NCBI RefSeq assembly: GCF_019393635.1
Contig: NC_057863.1
Coordinates: 490,648,948-490,712,947 of the forward strand
DNA: 64,000 nucleotides
Direction of reading: 5' to 3'
From: Dromiciops gliroides
Taxonomy: Eukaryota
Positions 11,288 to 24,400 of the stretch are shown in pieces. Within the stretch, counting starts at the first letter, position 1, and each line of letters opens with the position of its first letter. Below the pieces are notes generated by a model. It ran no database searches and had not been told where the DNA came from. It saw only the letters and a list, made by a program, of their open reading frames with translations. A program made the position numbers and the translations under genes.

Positions 11288-13320
11288 ATCAATTTTTTTT
11301 AAACTTTGTGTTCCAACTTCTCTTCCTCCCTCCCCTCTCACCCCTACCCCAAGAACTCAAACAATTCAACATAAATTATACATGAGTAGTCATGGAAAAC
11401 AATTCTACATTATCTAGGTTGTGAGAGAAAACAGATAAAAACAAAACTTCAGATTAAGGAATTGTCCAAAAAAAAATGTGTTTCAGTTTGTTTTCAGATA
11501 CTATCAGTTCTTTCTCTGTAGATGGACTGCAATTTTCATAAGTTCTTCAGAGTTATATTGGATCATTGCCTTGCTGAAAATAACGTGCTTCCCAGCAGAT
11601 CATCTTATACTAATGCTGTTATTTTGTATACAGTACATTTCTCTGCTTCAGTTCATGTGGGTCTTTCCAGGTCTTTCTGATAGCATCCTGTCCATGATAA
11701 TTTTTATATAGTACCTTGAACTTGACAGAGAATTTTCTTCACAATAGCCCAGCAGAGTAGGTACTATACATTTTGACACTGTAGTCAATCATCATAACTA
11801 TTTCCCTCCATCCCATTCCCTTCCAATGATATTTACTCTGTTGTCTATCTTATTTTGCCCTAATCCTCCTCAAAAGTGTTTTGCTACTGACTGCCCCCTC
11901 CCCCAGTCTACCCTCCCTTCATTCACCCTTCCCTCCTCATCCTCTTCCCCTCCTACTTTCCTGTAGGGTTAAATAGATTACTCTTCCCAATTGGGTGTGT
12001 GTGTTATTCCCTCCTTGAGCCCACTCTGATGAGGTTAAGGCTTTTGAGCTAATTCTGTTTTCTAAATTTTTCTTCCTCCCTCCTCAACTCTCCCTATGAA
12101 ATCAAGTAATTCAATATATGTCATACATGTGTTATACAGAACATCTTCATTTTCCTTGAAAGACTCACTCATTCTTTAGGATTAGATTATTTTGTTTATA
12201 ATTAATTTTTAATCTCTGTTTCCATGTGCCTTTGATAAATGTAATTTTTGTTGCATTATGATCTGAAATTGGTACATTTAATATTTCTGCTTTTCTGCAT
12301 TTGGTTGTGAGGTTTTTATGCCCTAATACATGGTCAGTTTTTGTGAAGGTGCCATGTATACCTGAGAAAAAGATAGACTCCTTTCTATTCCCATTCAGTT
12401 TTCTCCAGGTCTGTCATGTCTAACTTTTCTAAATTCTATTCATTTCCTTGACTTCTTTTAAAATTTATTTTATGGTTGCATTTATCTAGCTTTGAGAGGG
12501 GAAAGTTGAGGTTCCCCCACTAGTTTAGTTTTACTATTTCCTCCTGTAATTCATTTAGTTTGTCCTTTAAGAATCTGGATATTATGGATGCCATAATGCC
12601 ATTTGTTGTATATATTTTTAGTATTGATATTGCTTCATTGTCTATGGTTTCTTATTATTCTTTTTTTTTTTTTTTTGCGGGGCAGTGAAGGTTAAGTGAC
12701 TTGCCCAGGGTCACACAGCTAGTAAGTGTCAAGTGTTTGAGGCTGGATTTGAAATCAGGTCCTCCTGAATCCAGGGCTGGTGCTTTATCCACTACGCCCC
12801 CTAGCTGCCCCGTCTATGGTTTCTTTTAGGAAGATTTAGATTCTCTGCTTATCCTTTTACATTCTGTTTTTACTTTTGCTCTTTTTAAGATCATGATTGC
12901 TACCCCCTCCCCTTTTCAGAAGCAGAGTACATTCAGCCTGTTAATTTAATTATGTGTGTCTGTTTCAAGTGTGTTTCTTGTAAAAAACATGTTGAATTCT
13001 AGTTTCTAATCTCTTCTGCTATCCATTTCTGTTTTATGGCTGATTTCATCCCATTCAGTTATGATTACTAATTGTGCATTTCCCTCATCCTATTTTCTTC
13101 TGTTTATCCTTTTCTTTTTGTCTTGACCCTCCTCTAAAGACAGTTTTGTTTCTTCCTTTATCTGCCTTCCCTTTTATCAGTCCCCCTCCTTTTCTCTTAT
13201 CCCCTTCCCTTCCTACTTCGCTATTGAGTAAGATAGATTTCTATTACCACTTGAATACACATATATATTTTCCCTTTTTGAATCCCTCAGGGCTTCTACT
13301 CCTTAATGAAAAATGACCCT
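11288..13320 (-). mobile_element. L1 3' portion (ORF2 C-terminus plus long 3'UTR), antisense
   Basis: 11288-12200 is the reverse complement of the 3' region of the HAL1-like copies (31320-32590). 12200-13320 is antisense to the L1 ORF2 C-terminal region. Confidence 0.6.
12661..12811 (-). mobile_element. Mar1-like SINE nested in that L1, with a 14-bp TSD
   Basis: TSD GTCTATGGTTTCTT at 12640-12653 and 12812-12825. Confidence 0.9.
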
Positions 13321-13322
13321 TT

Positions 13323-13487
13323 AGGGCAGCTAGGTGGTGCAGTGGATTAAGCACTGGCCCTGGATTCAGGAGGACCTGAGTTCAAATATGGACTCAGACA
13401 CCTGATACTTACTAGCTGTGTGACTCTAGGCAAGTCACTTAACCCTCATTGCCCCGCAAAAAAAGCAAAAAACAAAAAAGAAAAACA
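13323..13487 (+). mobile_element. Mar1-like SINE
   Basis: GGGCAGCTAGGTGGTGCAGTGGATTAAGCAC... with an A-rich tail. Confidence 0.9.
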
Positions 13488-13499
13488 CCTCTTCTCTTC

Positions 13500-14570
13500 C
13501 TTTGAACTATGACACTGAAGTCAGTATAGGTAATGGAGTTGCCAAACCACATCTGGTCCTTTGCCCAGTGTGTTTGCACAGGGGTACTCTAATCTCTTTG
13601 TGACCAGTTGTCAGGTTCTCTTACTGTCTCTGACTTGAGAGCTCCCAAAGCTGTTGCTGTTTCTGTCACCACCACCTAATCCCACCACTGATGTTATATC
13701 CATCTTTGCTTTAAGCTAGCAGCCTCCCAGGTGTCACAGATCTCTCTTTTTGACCTCCTCCTATTTGCCTTGAACTTGCAGAATGTCTCACTCTGACCTT
13801 TTGGCTCTCCCACTTAAGAATTTGATTTGATTTGAGGTATTATTTTAAAGTTTGGAGGGGAATGTTGGGAGAGCTCAGCAGCGTGCTTTCTTTACTCTGC
13901 CATCTTGGCTACCCTCATAAGTCAGTAGGCTCCTAATAAGTGTTTGTTGAGTGATTCCACCTCCATTATTTGGTAACCTTTCCTCCTTAGGGGTTCACTT
14001 GATCTGTATCTGTTATCCAATCAAAATTCTAGTAGCCGTTTTCTACCAACTTCAAGGACACGTCCCTTCTTTTTTCAATGAGTTCAATGCTTGGCTTGGT
14101 CTTTCTCACTTCCTGCCCTCATAGTAGGGAGCTTCAACATATATTTTGACTCTCCCTCAAAAACTCTTTCTAGCCTTATTTTTTTTTCTTCTCCTTTCCC
14201 TACCCCACTGACTCTGCAATCCAGTAACACTGGTCTTGTATTCCTTGACACCTCACTTTTGCTGGCGGTACCCCACACCTTCCTCATCTCCACCTTCTGG
14301 CTTTAAGTTCCAGCTAAAATAACACCTTCTAAAGCAAGCTTTTTCTGATCCCCTCACCTCCCCCCCCCTTAATTCTAGTGCCTTCCCTTTATAAGTTATT
14401 TGTACATGGTTGTTTCTATGTTCTCTTCTCCATTAGATTATAAGCTCCTTGAGGGTAGAGGACTATCTTTTTCCTTTCTTTGTTTCTCTACACTTAGCAC
14501 CATGCCTGAAACATAATAGGGGCTTAGTAAAAGCTTATTGAATGACTAATCCTAAAGGAGTTGTCTAAAT
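13500..14570 (-). repeat. L2 3'-end relic
   Basis: Ends ...attagattataagctccttgagggtagagg...gcttattgaatgac, the MIR/L2 tail read in reverse. Confidence 0.45.
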
Positions 14571-14599
14571 ACTATTGGCTCTGAATTTCTTCTTCCTGA

Positions 14600-15025
14600 C
14601 CTCCTCAGTTGATGACCCCTTTGGCACCTGAGTGGAGGATAGATTGGAAAGGGCAGCAGACAAGGTAGGATGACCAATCAGAAGACTATTTCAACATTCC
14701 AGGTGAGATAGGTGATGGGATACTGTCCTAGGGTGCTTTGCTGCATTGTGAGCGTAGAGAATGGGATATACACAGATGTTGTGATGGTAGAAACAATAAG
14801 ATTTAGTGGATTGGATAAGTGGGGTGAGTGAGAAGGAAATTGAGGATAACATTGATATCAGATGGGAATATAGTGGTACCTTCAACACTAATAGGGAAGT
14901 TTAGAAAATGGAATGGTTTTGGACATGTGAATTTCAGATGCCAGTAAAACATCCACAATGAAATATCTAATAAGCAGACGAAGATATGGGTTTGGAGCTG
15001 AGAAGAGAGACTATGGTTGGATATA
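14600..15025 (+). repeat. L2 internal 3'-region fragment, cut off by the LTR insertion
   Basis: Purine-rich segment homologous to 33440-33960 (…ttttggacatgtgaatttcagatgcc…). Confidence 0.45.
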
Positions 15026-15029
15026 TAGA

Positions 15030-15404
15030 TTTGTTAAGGGCTAAAATTCTAGCTAAACTGTCTAAACTATTTAATGAGTGGTTGCCAATAAATTATAAGC
15101 TTTAGCAAGAGTTAGACTTTTAAGCATTTATTAAGGAGAATAAGAATTTGGTAAAGAGAGAGAAAGGCCTACATTCATCTATCTATTAAAGGGAGAGAGC
15201 ATTTCTAGCTCCACTCTCCACCAGCGTCCTCAGGAAAGGAGAGTGAGACCGAGTGCCAGTCTCTTCCTTCTTCCTCCCACTAGCCCGCGTCACTTCCTGA
15301 CGCCAAAGAAAAGACTCCTGGTCTTGCCCTCAAAGACCTTCACTTCATGAACAGAACTCTTCTACAGTAAGTCTCCAGCAGGTGGCGTCATTCCAGTCGT
15401 TACA
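15030..15404 (-). mobile_element. Solo LTR of an ERV family (TG...CA ends, internal AATAAA), 4-bp TSD GATT
   Basis: Top strand reads TGTTAAGGGCTAAAATTCT...CAGTCGTTACA. Flanked by GATT at 15026-15029 and 15405-15408. Two more copies of the same ~370-bp unit are in the window. Confidence 0.7.
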
Positions 15405-16347
15405 GATTTGACAATTCTCTGTGGGGAGATGATAATTAAACCCATGGGAGGTGATGAGATCACTAAGTAGAGAAGAGAATCCATGGAAGAATCTTGAGAG
15501 ATACCCACAGTTGAGGAAAGATAAACCAGATTAGACGTCCAAAAGGCATTTGCTGATGTAGGACTGTAGCTTGAGAGACTAGGACTGGAATTATAGACAT
15601 ACAAATATGTTTTTCAAAAAATACACACATACAGATATACACACATGTGTTTATATACATATATGTATAGATATGTTTATTTTGTATGTTATGTATACAT
15701 AGACACATATAAATTCCCATTGACTTATGTAGGGCACACAGATGTCTAAAGATGGATTTGAACTCACATCTTCCAGACTCCAGTTTTGATACACTAGCTA
15801 TTGTGTCATCTTGTTGCCTTATAAAAGAATATATGGATGGAATCATGGAGGGCTTTGAATTTTGATTCATTAAGTAATGGGGAGTCACTGAAGGTTTTTA
15901 ACAGGTAGATAATATCTTTAGAAAGATTATACACAGACTAGTCAGAATCCCAGAGATTACTTATTAATTTATTGCAATGATCTAGGTGAGAGGTAATAAG
16001 GGTCTAAAGTAGGAGTGTGGTTATTTGGAGTGGAGAGAGGGGACAGACTTTGAGATAATACAGTAGGAGAAACATTAGGCCTTTAAAGGGCAGGGAATTA
16101 CGTAAACTAGGGGGCCAACTTCTTGTGTTCTTGCTTCCCCATATAGTGGGTTGGCTCAATTTGGAACAGCATTTTCAGTATTGAACAGGGGATGGCAGGT
16201 GTGTAAAACAAGCCTGGATAAACTTGCTTTCTTAGAACCATGTTATAGACATGCTGGGTTCTAGCATCAGTGGACAAGCTAGAGGCAAATCAGGCCCCCA
16301 AATCCTATTAAATCCTATTAAATCTTATAAACCAGGAAAGTGCTATT

Positions 16348-16502
16348 CTTTTTTTTTTTTTTTTGTGCGGGTCAATGGGGGTTAAGTGACTTGCCCAGGG
16401 TCACACAGCTAGTAAGTGTCAAGTATCTGAGGCCGGATTTGAACTCAGGTACTCCTGAATCCTGAACTGGTGCTTTATCCACTGTGCCACCTAGCCGCCC
16501 CC
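16348..16502 (-). mobile_element. Mar1-like SINE with a 14-bp TSD
   Basis: TSD GAAAGTGCTATTCT at 16335-16348 and 16503-16516. Confidence 0.9.
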
Positions 16503-16721
16503 TGAAAGTGCTATTCTAAAAAGACATCTTTGCTACACTTTTCATTTAAGAATAAGTTCACAGGTTTGACTGACTAGCAAACTAAAGGTTATTATGTTAT
16601 GACTCTATCTTGAAGAATGACTATTTCTAGTTCCATTCTTTACCTTTTGTTTTGAGCAGGAGACATTATAGAGTCGATAGACATTATAGACATATTAAAT
16701 ATGTGTTTCTATATGTATGTA

Positions 16722-16722
16722 T

Positions 16723-16759
<37 letters not shown>

Positions 16760-16760
16760 C
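16722..16760. repeat. (TG)n microsatellite
   Basis: Direct read. Confidence 0.9.
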
Positions 16761-17256
16761 ACAAAATTTTAGAGTAAAAAGGATCCTTATAGCTTATTTT
16801 GCAGTTGAAGAAACTGAGGCTAAATGAGAATAAATGACTTCTCCAAAGTCATACACAAACAGAGCTAAAATGAGACCCATGTAGACCCATGTATTAGACA
16901 CTGGTCTAATATACTTTTCCATATACTTTTTCATTACCTGATTCCTTGGTTAGGTTGCAGAGTTTATAGCCATGAATTAGAAATTCAGAAATAATCCAAA
17001 GGGAATGTATGTCTGCTTTGTGTGGTAACTTATCAACAACTGTAGCTCAGTTATTTAATATCCTAATTCTGGTTTCTTATGGATATCCGATATAACTGAA
17101 AATATTGCCATATTTAGGTAATGTTTGTCTCATGCTAGTTCTCTGATTTTGACAGTCCAGGTTGTCATTTAAAATTCCTTATTTATTTGACATTTGGATT
17201 ACTCTACTGTATGTTTATTCTAGGTGATAAGATATATTTGTATTTGATCAATTTAG

Positions 17257-17422
17257 AAAAGAGATTGCAGACTTTGAACAGCAGAAAGCAAAAGAATTGG
17301 CTCGAATTGAAGAGTTTAAAAAGGAGGAAATGCGAAAATTACAAAAAGAACGCAGAGTTTTTGAAAAATACACTACAGCTGCAAGAGCAATTCCAGATAG
17401 AAAGGAACGTGAAGAAATACAG
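17257..17422 (+). CDS. CENPJ: CENPJ exon ([55 protein letters not shown])
   Basis: Acceptor atttag|A and donor CAG|gtatga. Phase 2 to 0. Strong match to my recollection of the CENPJ coiled-coil. Confidence 0.85.
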
Positions 17423-17799
17423 GTATGAGAGCTCTTTGTAGTGAAAACATACAAATTATGCAGAATGATAGAAGTTGTACTGATAAACCAAGAATTAGAA
17501 AATGTCACTATTATATTGTTATGGATCATAGGATTAATTTCCTAATCTCAATAATTTTAACTGTTAAGTATTATGTCAGAATTCTAACTGGACATGCTTA
17601 ATGCAATTTGGCACTTATAAAAGTAATTAATAATTATCTCTAGCATTAACCAGCTAAATATAGTGTTCTACTATATAAAAACCAGAAGGATGCCAGAGCT
17701 TCAGAATAGATAGCATGCACATTGAAATTAGAATTGGTTCATTTGAGTCTGTCTCACTGTACAACTGTCATAAACCTGTAGCTCAGTTATTTAATATCT

Positions 17800-17950
17800 T
17801 TTTTTGGGGGGTGGGGTGGGGTAATGAGGGTTAATTGACTTGCCCAGGGTCACACAGCTAGTAAGTGTCAAGTGTCTGAGGCTGGATTTGAACTCAGATT
17901 CTCCTGATTCCAGGGCCAGTGCTCTATCCACTGCGTCACCTAGCTGCCCC
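17800..17950 (-). mobile_element. Mar1-like SINE with a 16-bp TSD (intronic)
   Basis: TSD AGTTATTTAATATCTT at 17783-17798 and 17951-17966. Confidence 0.9.
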
Positions 17951-18344
17951 AGTTATTTAATATCTTAATTCTGACCTCTTATATACATCTGATATGACTG
18001 AGAACATTGCTATATTTAACTTTTGTGAGAAATATTTTCCATGGAAGTTCTGTTTCTGTGCATAGATACTCTTAGATATGCCAGTGAAGAATAAACTTTG
18101 AAAGGTCCTGGAAGGTTGGAAAGCTTCAAGAATGTGCCAAGTGATATATTGACTGCGTGTCTGTCTTCTGAGGACCAATCTAGCCAGGTGTTGAGTAATT
18201 TCATCACCAAAATGTTAGATACCAGGTGATGAACTTTTTTGGCTGTGACAGTCCAGATGATGGTGTATTGAGTCATCAAGAGATTGAGAATTAGTGGAAG
18301 TATCAGTAACAGTGTTACTAGGAGGATATTATTGAAAAGCAGGT

Positions 18345-18495
18345 TTATTTTTTTTGTTTTTGTTTTTTTTTGGCAGGGCAGTGAGGGTTAAGTGACCTGC
18401 CCAGGGGTACACAGCTAGTGTCAGGTGTCATTTGAACCCGGGTCCTCCTGAATCCAGGGCTGGTGCTTTATCCACTGCGCCACCTAGCTGCTCCC
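18345..18495 (-). mobile_element. Mar1-like SINE
   Basis: TSD about TGAAAAGCAGGTTTA / TGAAAAACAGTTTTA. Confidence 0.85.
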
Positions 18496-18834
18496 TGAAA
18501 AACAGTTTTAATTGCATAAAATGCCTATGCCCTGGCTTTTCTACAATATGATTTAAGGCAATGATTTATCATAGTAGGATATAGTAATAGTTTTTCACTG
18601 ACTATAATTTCTTATTATATTAAGGACAACTCCTTTCATATTTATCTACTAACTTGAAATAGATTAGATTTGGGAACATTCTCTTTCCTCTGCCCTTCAG
18701 TCTGTAGTCTTGACTTCATTCTCAAGCTCAAGTTAAAAGGACATTCAACTATCCATTGGACATTTTTATGTAGATTTTGTATCATCAGATCAGATTCTGT
18801 CTAAAACTTGAATCTCTTCTTCCTGACTCCGTAT

Positions 18835-19010
18835 GGTATAGTGAAAAAGAACAATGGCTCTGGAGTTAGAGGACCTGGATTCGATTCTGACCTCTGACAC
18901 TTCACTGACACAGGTCGCTTCACCTCCCTTAGTCTCAGCTTCTTCATATGTAAAATGAAAAGGTTGGAATAGATGCCTAATTCTCTTTCAGCTCTACAGT
19001 GATAATCCTA
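18835..19010 (+). repeat. MIR element
   Basis: …ggacctggattcgattctgacctctgacacttcactg…cttcatatgtaaaatgaaaaggttggaatag. Confidence 0.7.
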
Positions 19011-19515
19011 TGACTTCTTTATTTTGATTAATCATCATGGTTTTTCTCTTTAGATGCTTTCAGGTTTGAAATTGGTTACTCCTTAAATCTCCTTTTCTGG
19101 TTTATCACCCATGTCATGCCCCTTAACTGTGGATATACCTAAGGCTGTCCTAAGCTCTCTAATTTTCTTGTATATTATCTCACTTGGTGACCTCACTAGT
19201 TCCTATAGGTTTAATTGTCGTCTCTATGCAGCTGACTCCCAAATCCAGCAGTAGTCTTTCTCCTGAGGTACAGTAGCACATCTCCAATTACCTATTGAAT
19301 ATTTCAAAACAGATGTCCCTTCGGTATCTCAAATGAAATATTTCAAAATGAACTTTTCTTTTTCCCAAATCTTATCCTTCTTTCTAACTTCCTTATTTTA
19401 ATTGACTGTATCACCCTCCTTCGGTCACACAGGTTTACAACTTTGCTGTCATCTTTGACTCATTGTTCTTTGTCAACCCAATATCCAGTCAGTTGCCAAA
19501 TCTTGCTCTTTTTAA

Positions 19516-19655
19516 TTTTTTTTTTTTTTGCTGGGTTAAGTGACTTGCCCAGGGTCACACAGATAGTAAGTGTCAAGTGTCTGAGGCTGGATTTGAACTC
19601 AGGTACTTCTGAATCCAGGGCTGGTGCTTTATCTACTGCGCCACCTAGCTGCTCC
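19516..19655 (-). mobile_element. Mar1-like SINE with a 16-bp TSD
   Basis: TSD AAATCTTGCTCTTTTT at 19497-19512 and 19656-19671. Confidence 0.9.
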
Positions 19656-20494
19656 AAAATCTTGCTCTTTTTTTACCTCTACAACATGTCTTCCCTCTGT
19701 CCCCTTCGCTTTGTTCACATAGCCTTCTTAGTTCAGAACCTCGTTACTTTTGCATAAACTAATGCAGTACCTTCCTAATTGGTCAGCTTGCCTCCAGTGT
19801 CCTCCTCCACACAGATGTCAAGTGTTTTTTTTTCCTAATGTGCAATTCTGGTCATGTTATTTATTTCCTCAATAAATTTTAATAGTTTCCTGGTGCCTTT
19901 CAAATCAAATATAAGAACCTCTGTTTAGCTTTTAGAGCCCTTTAAAACCTAGCTCTAACTTATATTTCTGCCTTTAGAACTCATCAATCCATATCTTTCC
20001 CTCTGCTGTTCTGTTGGACTGGTCATCTGGCTGTTCTCATATGCCATTCCATCTCCCATCTCTGCACCTTTTTTTTTTTTTTTGGTCAGTATTTGATTTC
20101 AATTAAAAAACTTGTTAAAAACTTTAATTTTCCCTGTCACCTGATCTTTGGTTATTCAAACACATAAAAGGTCTTTTTAACTCCACTTAATTTAATTAAA
20201 TAAACATTTATTAAGTGCCTGTTACGTGCCAGGCATTTTGCAAAGTGCTGGGGATACAAAAAGAGGTGAAAGATAGTCCCTGCCCTCAAGGAGCTTACAA
20301 TTTAAAATGTCATATACATTTAAGTTATTTTTATTTCAGTTGCTTGTGGCATCAATAGAATGAGATTTCATATATTGCTCAAGAAAATTATAGAATTCTC
20401 AGTGGTCTAAATTCATTTAAAAATATATTAATATCCTTAATTTTATGCTTATACAAATGAATTTCATCTTTACTGTTTTCTTTTTTTCTAAAGT

Positions 20495-20860
20495 AATAAA
20501 TATTTTTATTTAGAGTTTTGAGTTCCAATTTTTATCCCTCCTTCCCTCCCCTCCCTGTGGTGATAAGCAATCAGATATGGGTTATACATGTATGATTATG
20601 TAAAACATTTCCATATTAGTCATTTTGTATAAGAAAACTTGAATAAAAGAAAAAAAATGAAAGAAAGTGGAAAATAGCATGCTTCAGTCTGTGTTCACTC
20701 AATATGAGTTCCTTCTTTGGAGGTGGATAGTATGTTTTGTCAATAGTCCTTTGGGATTGCCTTGGATCATTGTATTGTTGGGAATAGTCCAGTCATTCAC
20801 AGTTCTCCATCCAACAGTATTGCTGTCTCTGTGCACAATGTTCACGTGGTTCTGCTCTCT
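20495..20860 (-). mobile_element. L1 3'-end fragment, antisense
   Basis: Antisense of the L1 3'UTR motif (…gttccaatttttatccctccttccctcc…) and of the ORF2 end. Confidence 0.55.
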
Positions 20861-21479
20861 TCACTATACATCTCTGTACCTTTTGCTGGCTGTTCCCCGT
20901 ACCTGGAAATACTGTCCACTTCTTATACTTCCTTGTTTGCTTTGCAACTTTTCACATGTGCTACCTTCTTTATGAAGCCTTTTATGATTGATTATCCCAC
21001 CAGTGCCCTTCCCAACCAAAATTTTATCCTTCAGATTTATGTACAGGCTATCTTCCCCATTAGAACATAAGCTCCTTGATTGAGGTGTGGGACTGCTTCA
21101 TTTTTGTTTGCCTTTTCAGCTCCTAGTGCCTGACACGTTGTTGTACTTAATAAATGCTTGCTGATTCATTTTCTGACTTTCTCATTCTCTCAACCCCCTA
21201 CATTTCATTAGTGTCACATATTTCTCTGCCCTCTTCTTTCCCAGTCACCATTCATAGTTCATGACTTGACTATTGTAGTAGTCTTCTAATTGCTCTCTAT
21301 GTCTTGACTCTTCCCTGTCACCATCTCCTAACTCGATTTTTCATTCTCAAATTTCCTTTTGTTTTAGAACTGTTCCACTCAGAACTTACTGCCAGCAGGA
21401 TAAAATCCAAACTCTTTATCCTGGAATTCAAAGTCTTAGCTTCAATTTAACTTTTCTAGTTTACATTGCATAACTTTCA

Positions 21480-21634
21480 GGGGCAGCTAGGTGGCACAGT
21501 GGATAGAGCACTGGCTCTGGAGTCAGGAGTACCTGAGTTCAAATCCGGCCTCAGACACATAACACTTACTAGCTGTGTGACCCTGGGCAAGTCACTTAAC
21601 CCCAACTGCCTCACTAAAAAAACAAAACAAAAAC
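21480..21634 (+). mobile_element. Mar1-like SINE with a TSD of at least 13 bp
   Basis: TSD ATTGCATAACTTT at 21464-21476 and 21635-21647. Confidence 0.9.
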
Positions 21635-21914
21635 ATTGCATAACTTTTCTATAGGATCCTGTTTCTCTAGCCAAACTTTATGCCCTTGAATATATCTTGC
21701 GCCTTGCTTCCTTGGGCCTTTGTTCCATCTGTTTCCCCTACCTGAAATCTCCTTTCTTACTGATCTGCTAATCAGAGTTTTTCAGGGGACAGCCAACTTA
21801 GACTTGGTTTTGTTAATCTTTCATGATTTCCCCAGCCAAAAGTGTTCTTGTTTCTTCTGAACTCCTGTATCACTATCATTTATTTATTGGCTCATCAATC
21901 AATCAATTAATTAA

Positions 21915-22050
21915 TTTTTGCGGGGGCAGTGACAGTTAGGTGACTTGCCCAGGGTCACACAGCTAGTAGGTGTCAAGTGTCTGAGTCTGAATTTGAACTC
22001 AGGTCCTCCTGAATTCAGGGACGGTGCTTTATCCACTGTACCACCTAGCT
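21915..22050 (-). mobile_element. Mar1-like SINE whose head is interrupted by the adjacent LTR
   Basis: SINE body ends ...ccacctagctg immediately before the LTR start. Confidence 0.8.
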
Positions 22051-22052
22051 GT

Positions 22053-22423
22053 TGTTAAGGGCTAAAATTCTAGCTGGTCTGTCTAAAATATCTAATGAGT
22101 GGTTACCAATAAATTATAAGCTTTAGCAAGAGTTAGACTTTTAAGCATTTATTAAGAATAAGAATTTGGTAAAGAGAGAGAGAAAGGCCTACATTCATCT
22201 ATCTATTAAAGGGAGAGCACATTTCTAGCTCCACTCTCCACCAGAGTCCAAAGAAAAGAGCCCCAGTCAGAGCGCCAGGCTCCTCCCTTCTTCCTCCCAC
22301 ACACAGACGTCACTTCCTGACACCAAAGAAAAGACTCCTGGTCTTGCCCTCAAAGACCTTCACTTCATGGGGAGCTTTTCTACAGTAAGTCTCCAGCAGG
22401 TGGCGTCATTCCAATCGTTACAC
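22053..22423 (-). mobile_element. Solo LTR, same ERV family, 4-bp TSD CTGT
   Basis: TGTTAAGGGCTAAAATTCT...AATCGTTACA, flanked by CTGT at 22049-22052 and 22424-22427. Confidence 0.7.
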
Positions 22424-22729
22424 TGTCATTCTATATCACTATTGTTTGATGTTTAACATATACAGGGCTTTTTGGATTAGTTATTTTTGTATGTGTCTTC
22501 TCTCCCTACCTAGCTTACAAACACATGGCTGGTAGGTAACATTTGTCCTAAGCCTTTTTGTGTATACCCACAATACATAACAGTTGTTCTGTGGATGTAA
22601 ATAAATGCTCAGTCAGTTTATCTGAATGTCTGTCACTTGTGGATCTATTCATACTATATAGCCGCTTGATAATAGAAAATGTCGTTTGAGTTTATTGAGT
22701 ACTTCTGAATGCTTGCTTCCCTTTTGAAG

Positions 22730-22972
22730 GCTTTAAAACAACAAATAGCAGATTTACAGGAAGAGTTGAAGCGAAAAGAGACGAAGTGGTCAAATACACA
22801 TAGTCGCCTTAAAAGCCAGATAGAAACATTAGCTAAAGAGAACACAGACCTTCGTGAAGAGATAAAAATAATGGAACGGTTTCGACTTGAAGCCTGGAAA
22901 AAAGCAGAAGCTATTGAAAACAACTTAAAGAATGAACATCCCTTGATTTCTGTGAAAAAAGAAGAGTCTACA
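22730..22972 (+). CDS. CENPJ: CENPJ exon ([81 protein letters not shown])
   Basis: Acceptor ttttgaag|GCT and donor ACA|gtgagt. 81 codons, phase 0 to 0. Confidence 0.85.
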
Positions 22973-23161
22973 GTGAGTTTATAATTTTTTCTGATAATAT
23001 ATATTATTAGGAATTTAATCCAAATACAATAAAAGTTTTTAAAAACAGATTTTTATAATTGTTACAAACTTTGGAGTCCAACATTGCTAATTATAACCTG
23101 TAGTTAAAATTAAAGTACATTTTTGTGTTGAGCCTAATATACGATTAAAAAAATCAATTTA

Positions 23162-23320
23162 GGGGCAGCTAGGTGGCGCAGTGGATAGAGCACCGGCCCT
23201 GGAGTCAGGAGTACCTGAATTCAAATCCGGCCTCAGACACTTAACACTTACTAGCTGTGTGACCCTGGGCAAGTCACTTAACCCCAATTGCCTCACTTTA
23301 AAAACAAAACAAAACAAAAC
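23162..23320 (+). mobile_element. Mar1-like SINE with a 13-bp TSD
   Basis: TSD AAAAAAATCAATT. Tail (CAAAA)n. Confidence 0.9.
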
Positions 23321-23345
23321 AAAAAAAATCAATTAAATTTAATCT

Positions 23346-23498
23346 TAAAATTGTCTTTTTTTTTTTTTTGGTGGGGCAGTGGGGGTTAAGTGACTTGCCC
23401 AGGGTCACACAGCTAGTAAAGTGTCTGAGGCTGGATTTGAACTCAGGTATTCCTGAATCCAGGGCCAGTGCTTTATCCACTGTGCCACCTAGCCGCCC
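23346..23498 (-). mobile_element. Mar1-like SINE
   Basis: T-tail then reverse SINE body. Confidence 0.85.
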
Positions 23499-23507
23499 TT
23501 TTGTACG

Positions 23508-23640
23508 ATTCTTTTTTTTTTTTTAAAGTGAGGCAATTGGAGTTAAGTGACTTGCCCAGGGTCACACAGCTAGTAAGTGTTAAGTGTCTGAGGCCAGATT
23601 TGAACTCAGGTACTCCTGACTCCAGGGCCAGTGCTCTATT
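23508..23640 (-). mobile_element. Mar1-like SINE, truncated at the tRNA-head end
   Basis: T-tail then SINE body ending ...gtgctctatt. Confidence 0.8.
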
Positions 23641-23830
23641 CTTAAAGAGTATTTCCCTCTTTGAAAGTGGATTACTTATCTGGCTCTAATAGATCCTTTG
23701 GTAGGAATAAACACTTGATATTGACTTCTGAAAACAAACTGAAGAAAATTATTTTTGTCATAGATTGTTCACCATTAAAAAAATAAGTATTCTTTTTTAC
23801 TTAAAGTGTCCATATGTAATATAATTACAG

Positions 23831-23915
23831 AATCCATTGTTAGGCTTTCAGAAGAGTCAGAGCTTATCTTCAAATCAGACGGAAAAATACAAGAAAAATC
23901 ATTCACCAGTACAAG
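23831..23915 (+). CDS. CENPJ: CENPJ exon (NPLLGFQKSQSLSSNQTEKYKKNHSPVQ)
   Basis: Acceptor attacag|AATCC and donor CAAG|gtatga. Phase 0 to 1. Contains the KYKKN motif I recall in human CENPJ. Confidence 0.75.
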
Positions 23916-24270
23916 GTATGAAATTCTTTATGGGTAGGCCATACGTATACATGTATACTTACAGGAAACTTAGCAGAATCTTATCATGACCTGTTAGGTG
24001 TTCACCTATTAATAATCTATTTTATGAATTAAGTTCTCAAATGTTTTTGCAACATTGAAACTCTTCTCCTCCTTGTTTGAGTTTGGATACTTTTAATAAC
24101 AATAAAACCTGTCAGTCATAAAACATTTATTAAGTGATTAGATACTATGCTAAACCCCAAGGATATGAATAAAAACAAAATCATACTCCCTGTCCTCCAA
24201 GGAATTCACAGTATAATGGAGGAATGCATTGTGCAAATAACTATGTACATACAAGATATATTTTATACAT

Positions 24271-24279
<9 letters not shown>

Positions 24280-24315
<36 letters not shown>

Positions 24316-24359
24316 GTATGTATGTGTGTGGAAGTATTACCTTCCACTTACACTGTGTG

Positions 24360-24400
<41 letters not shown>
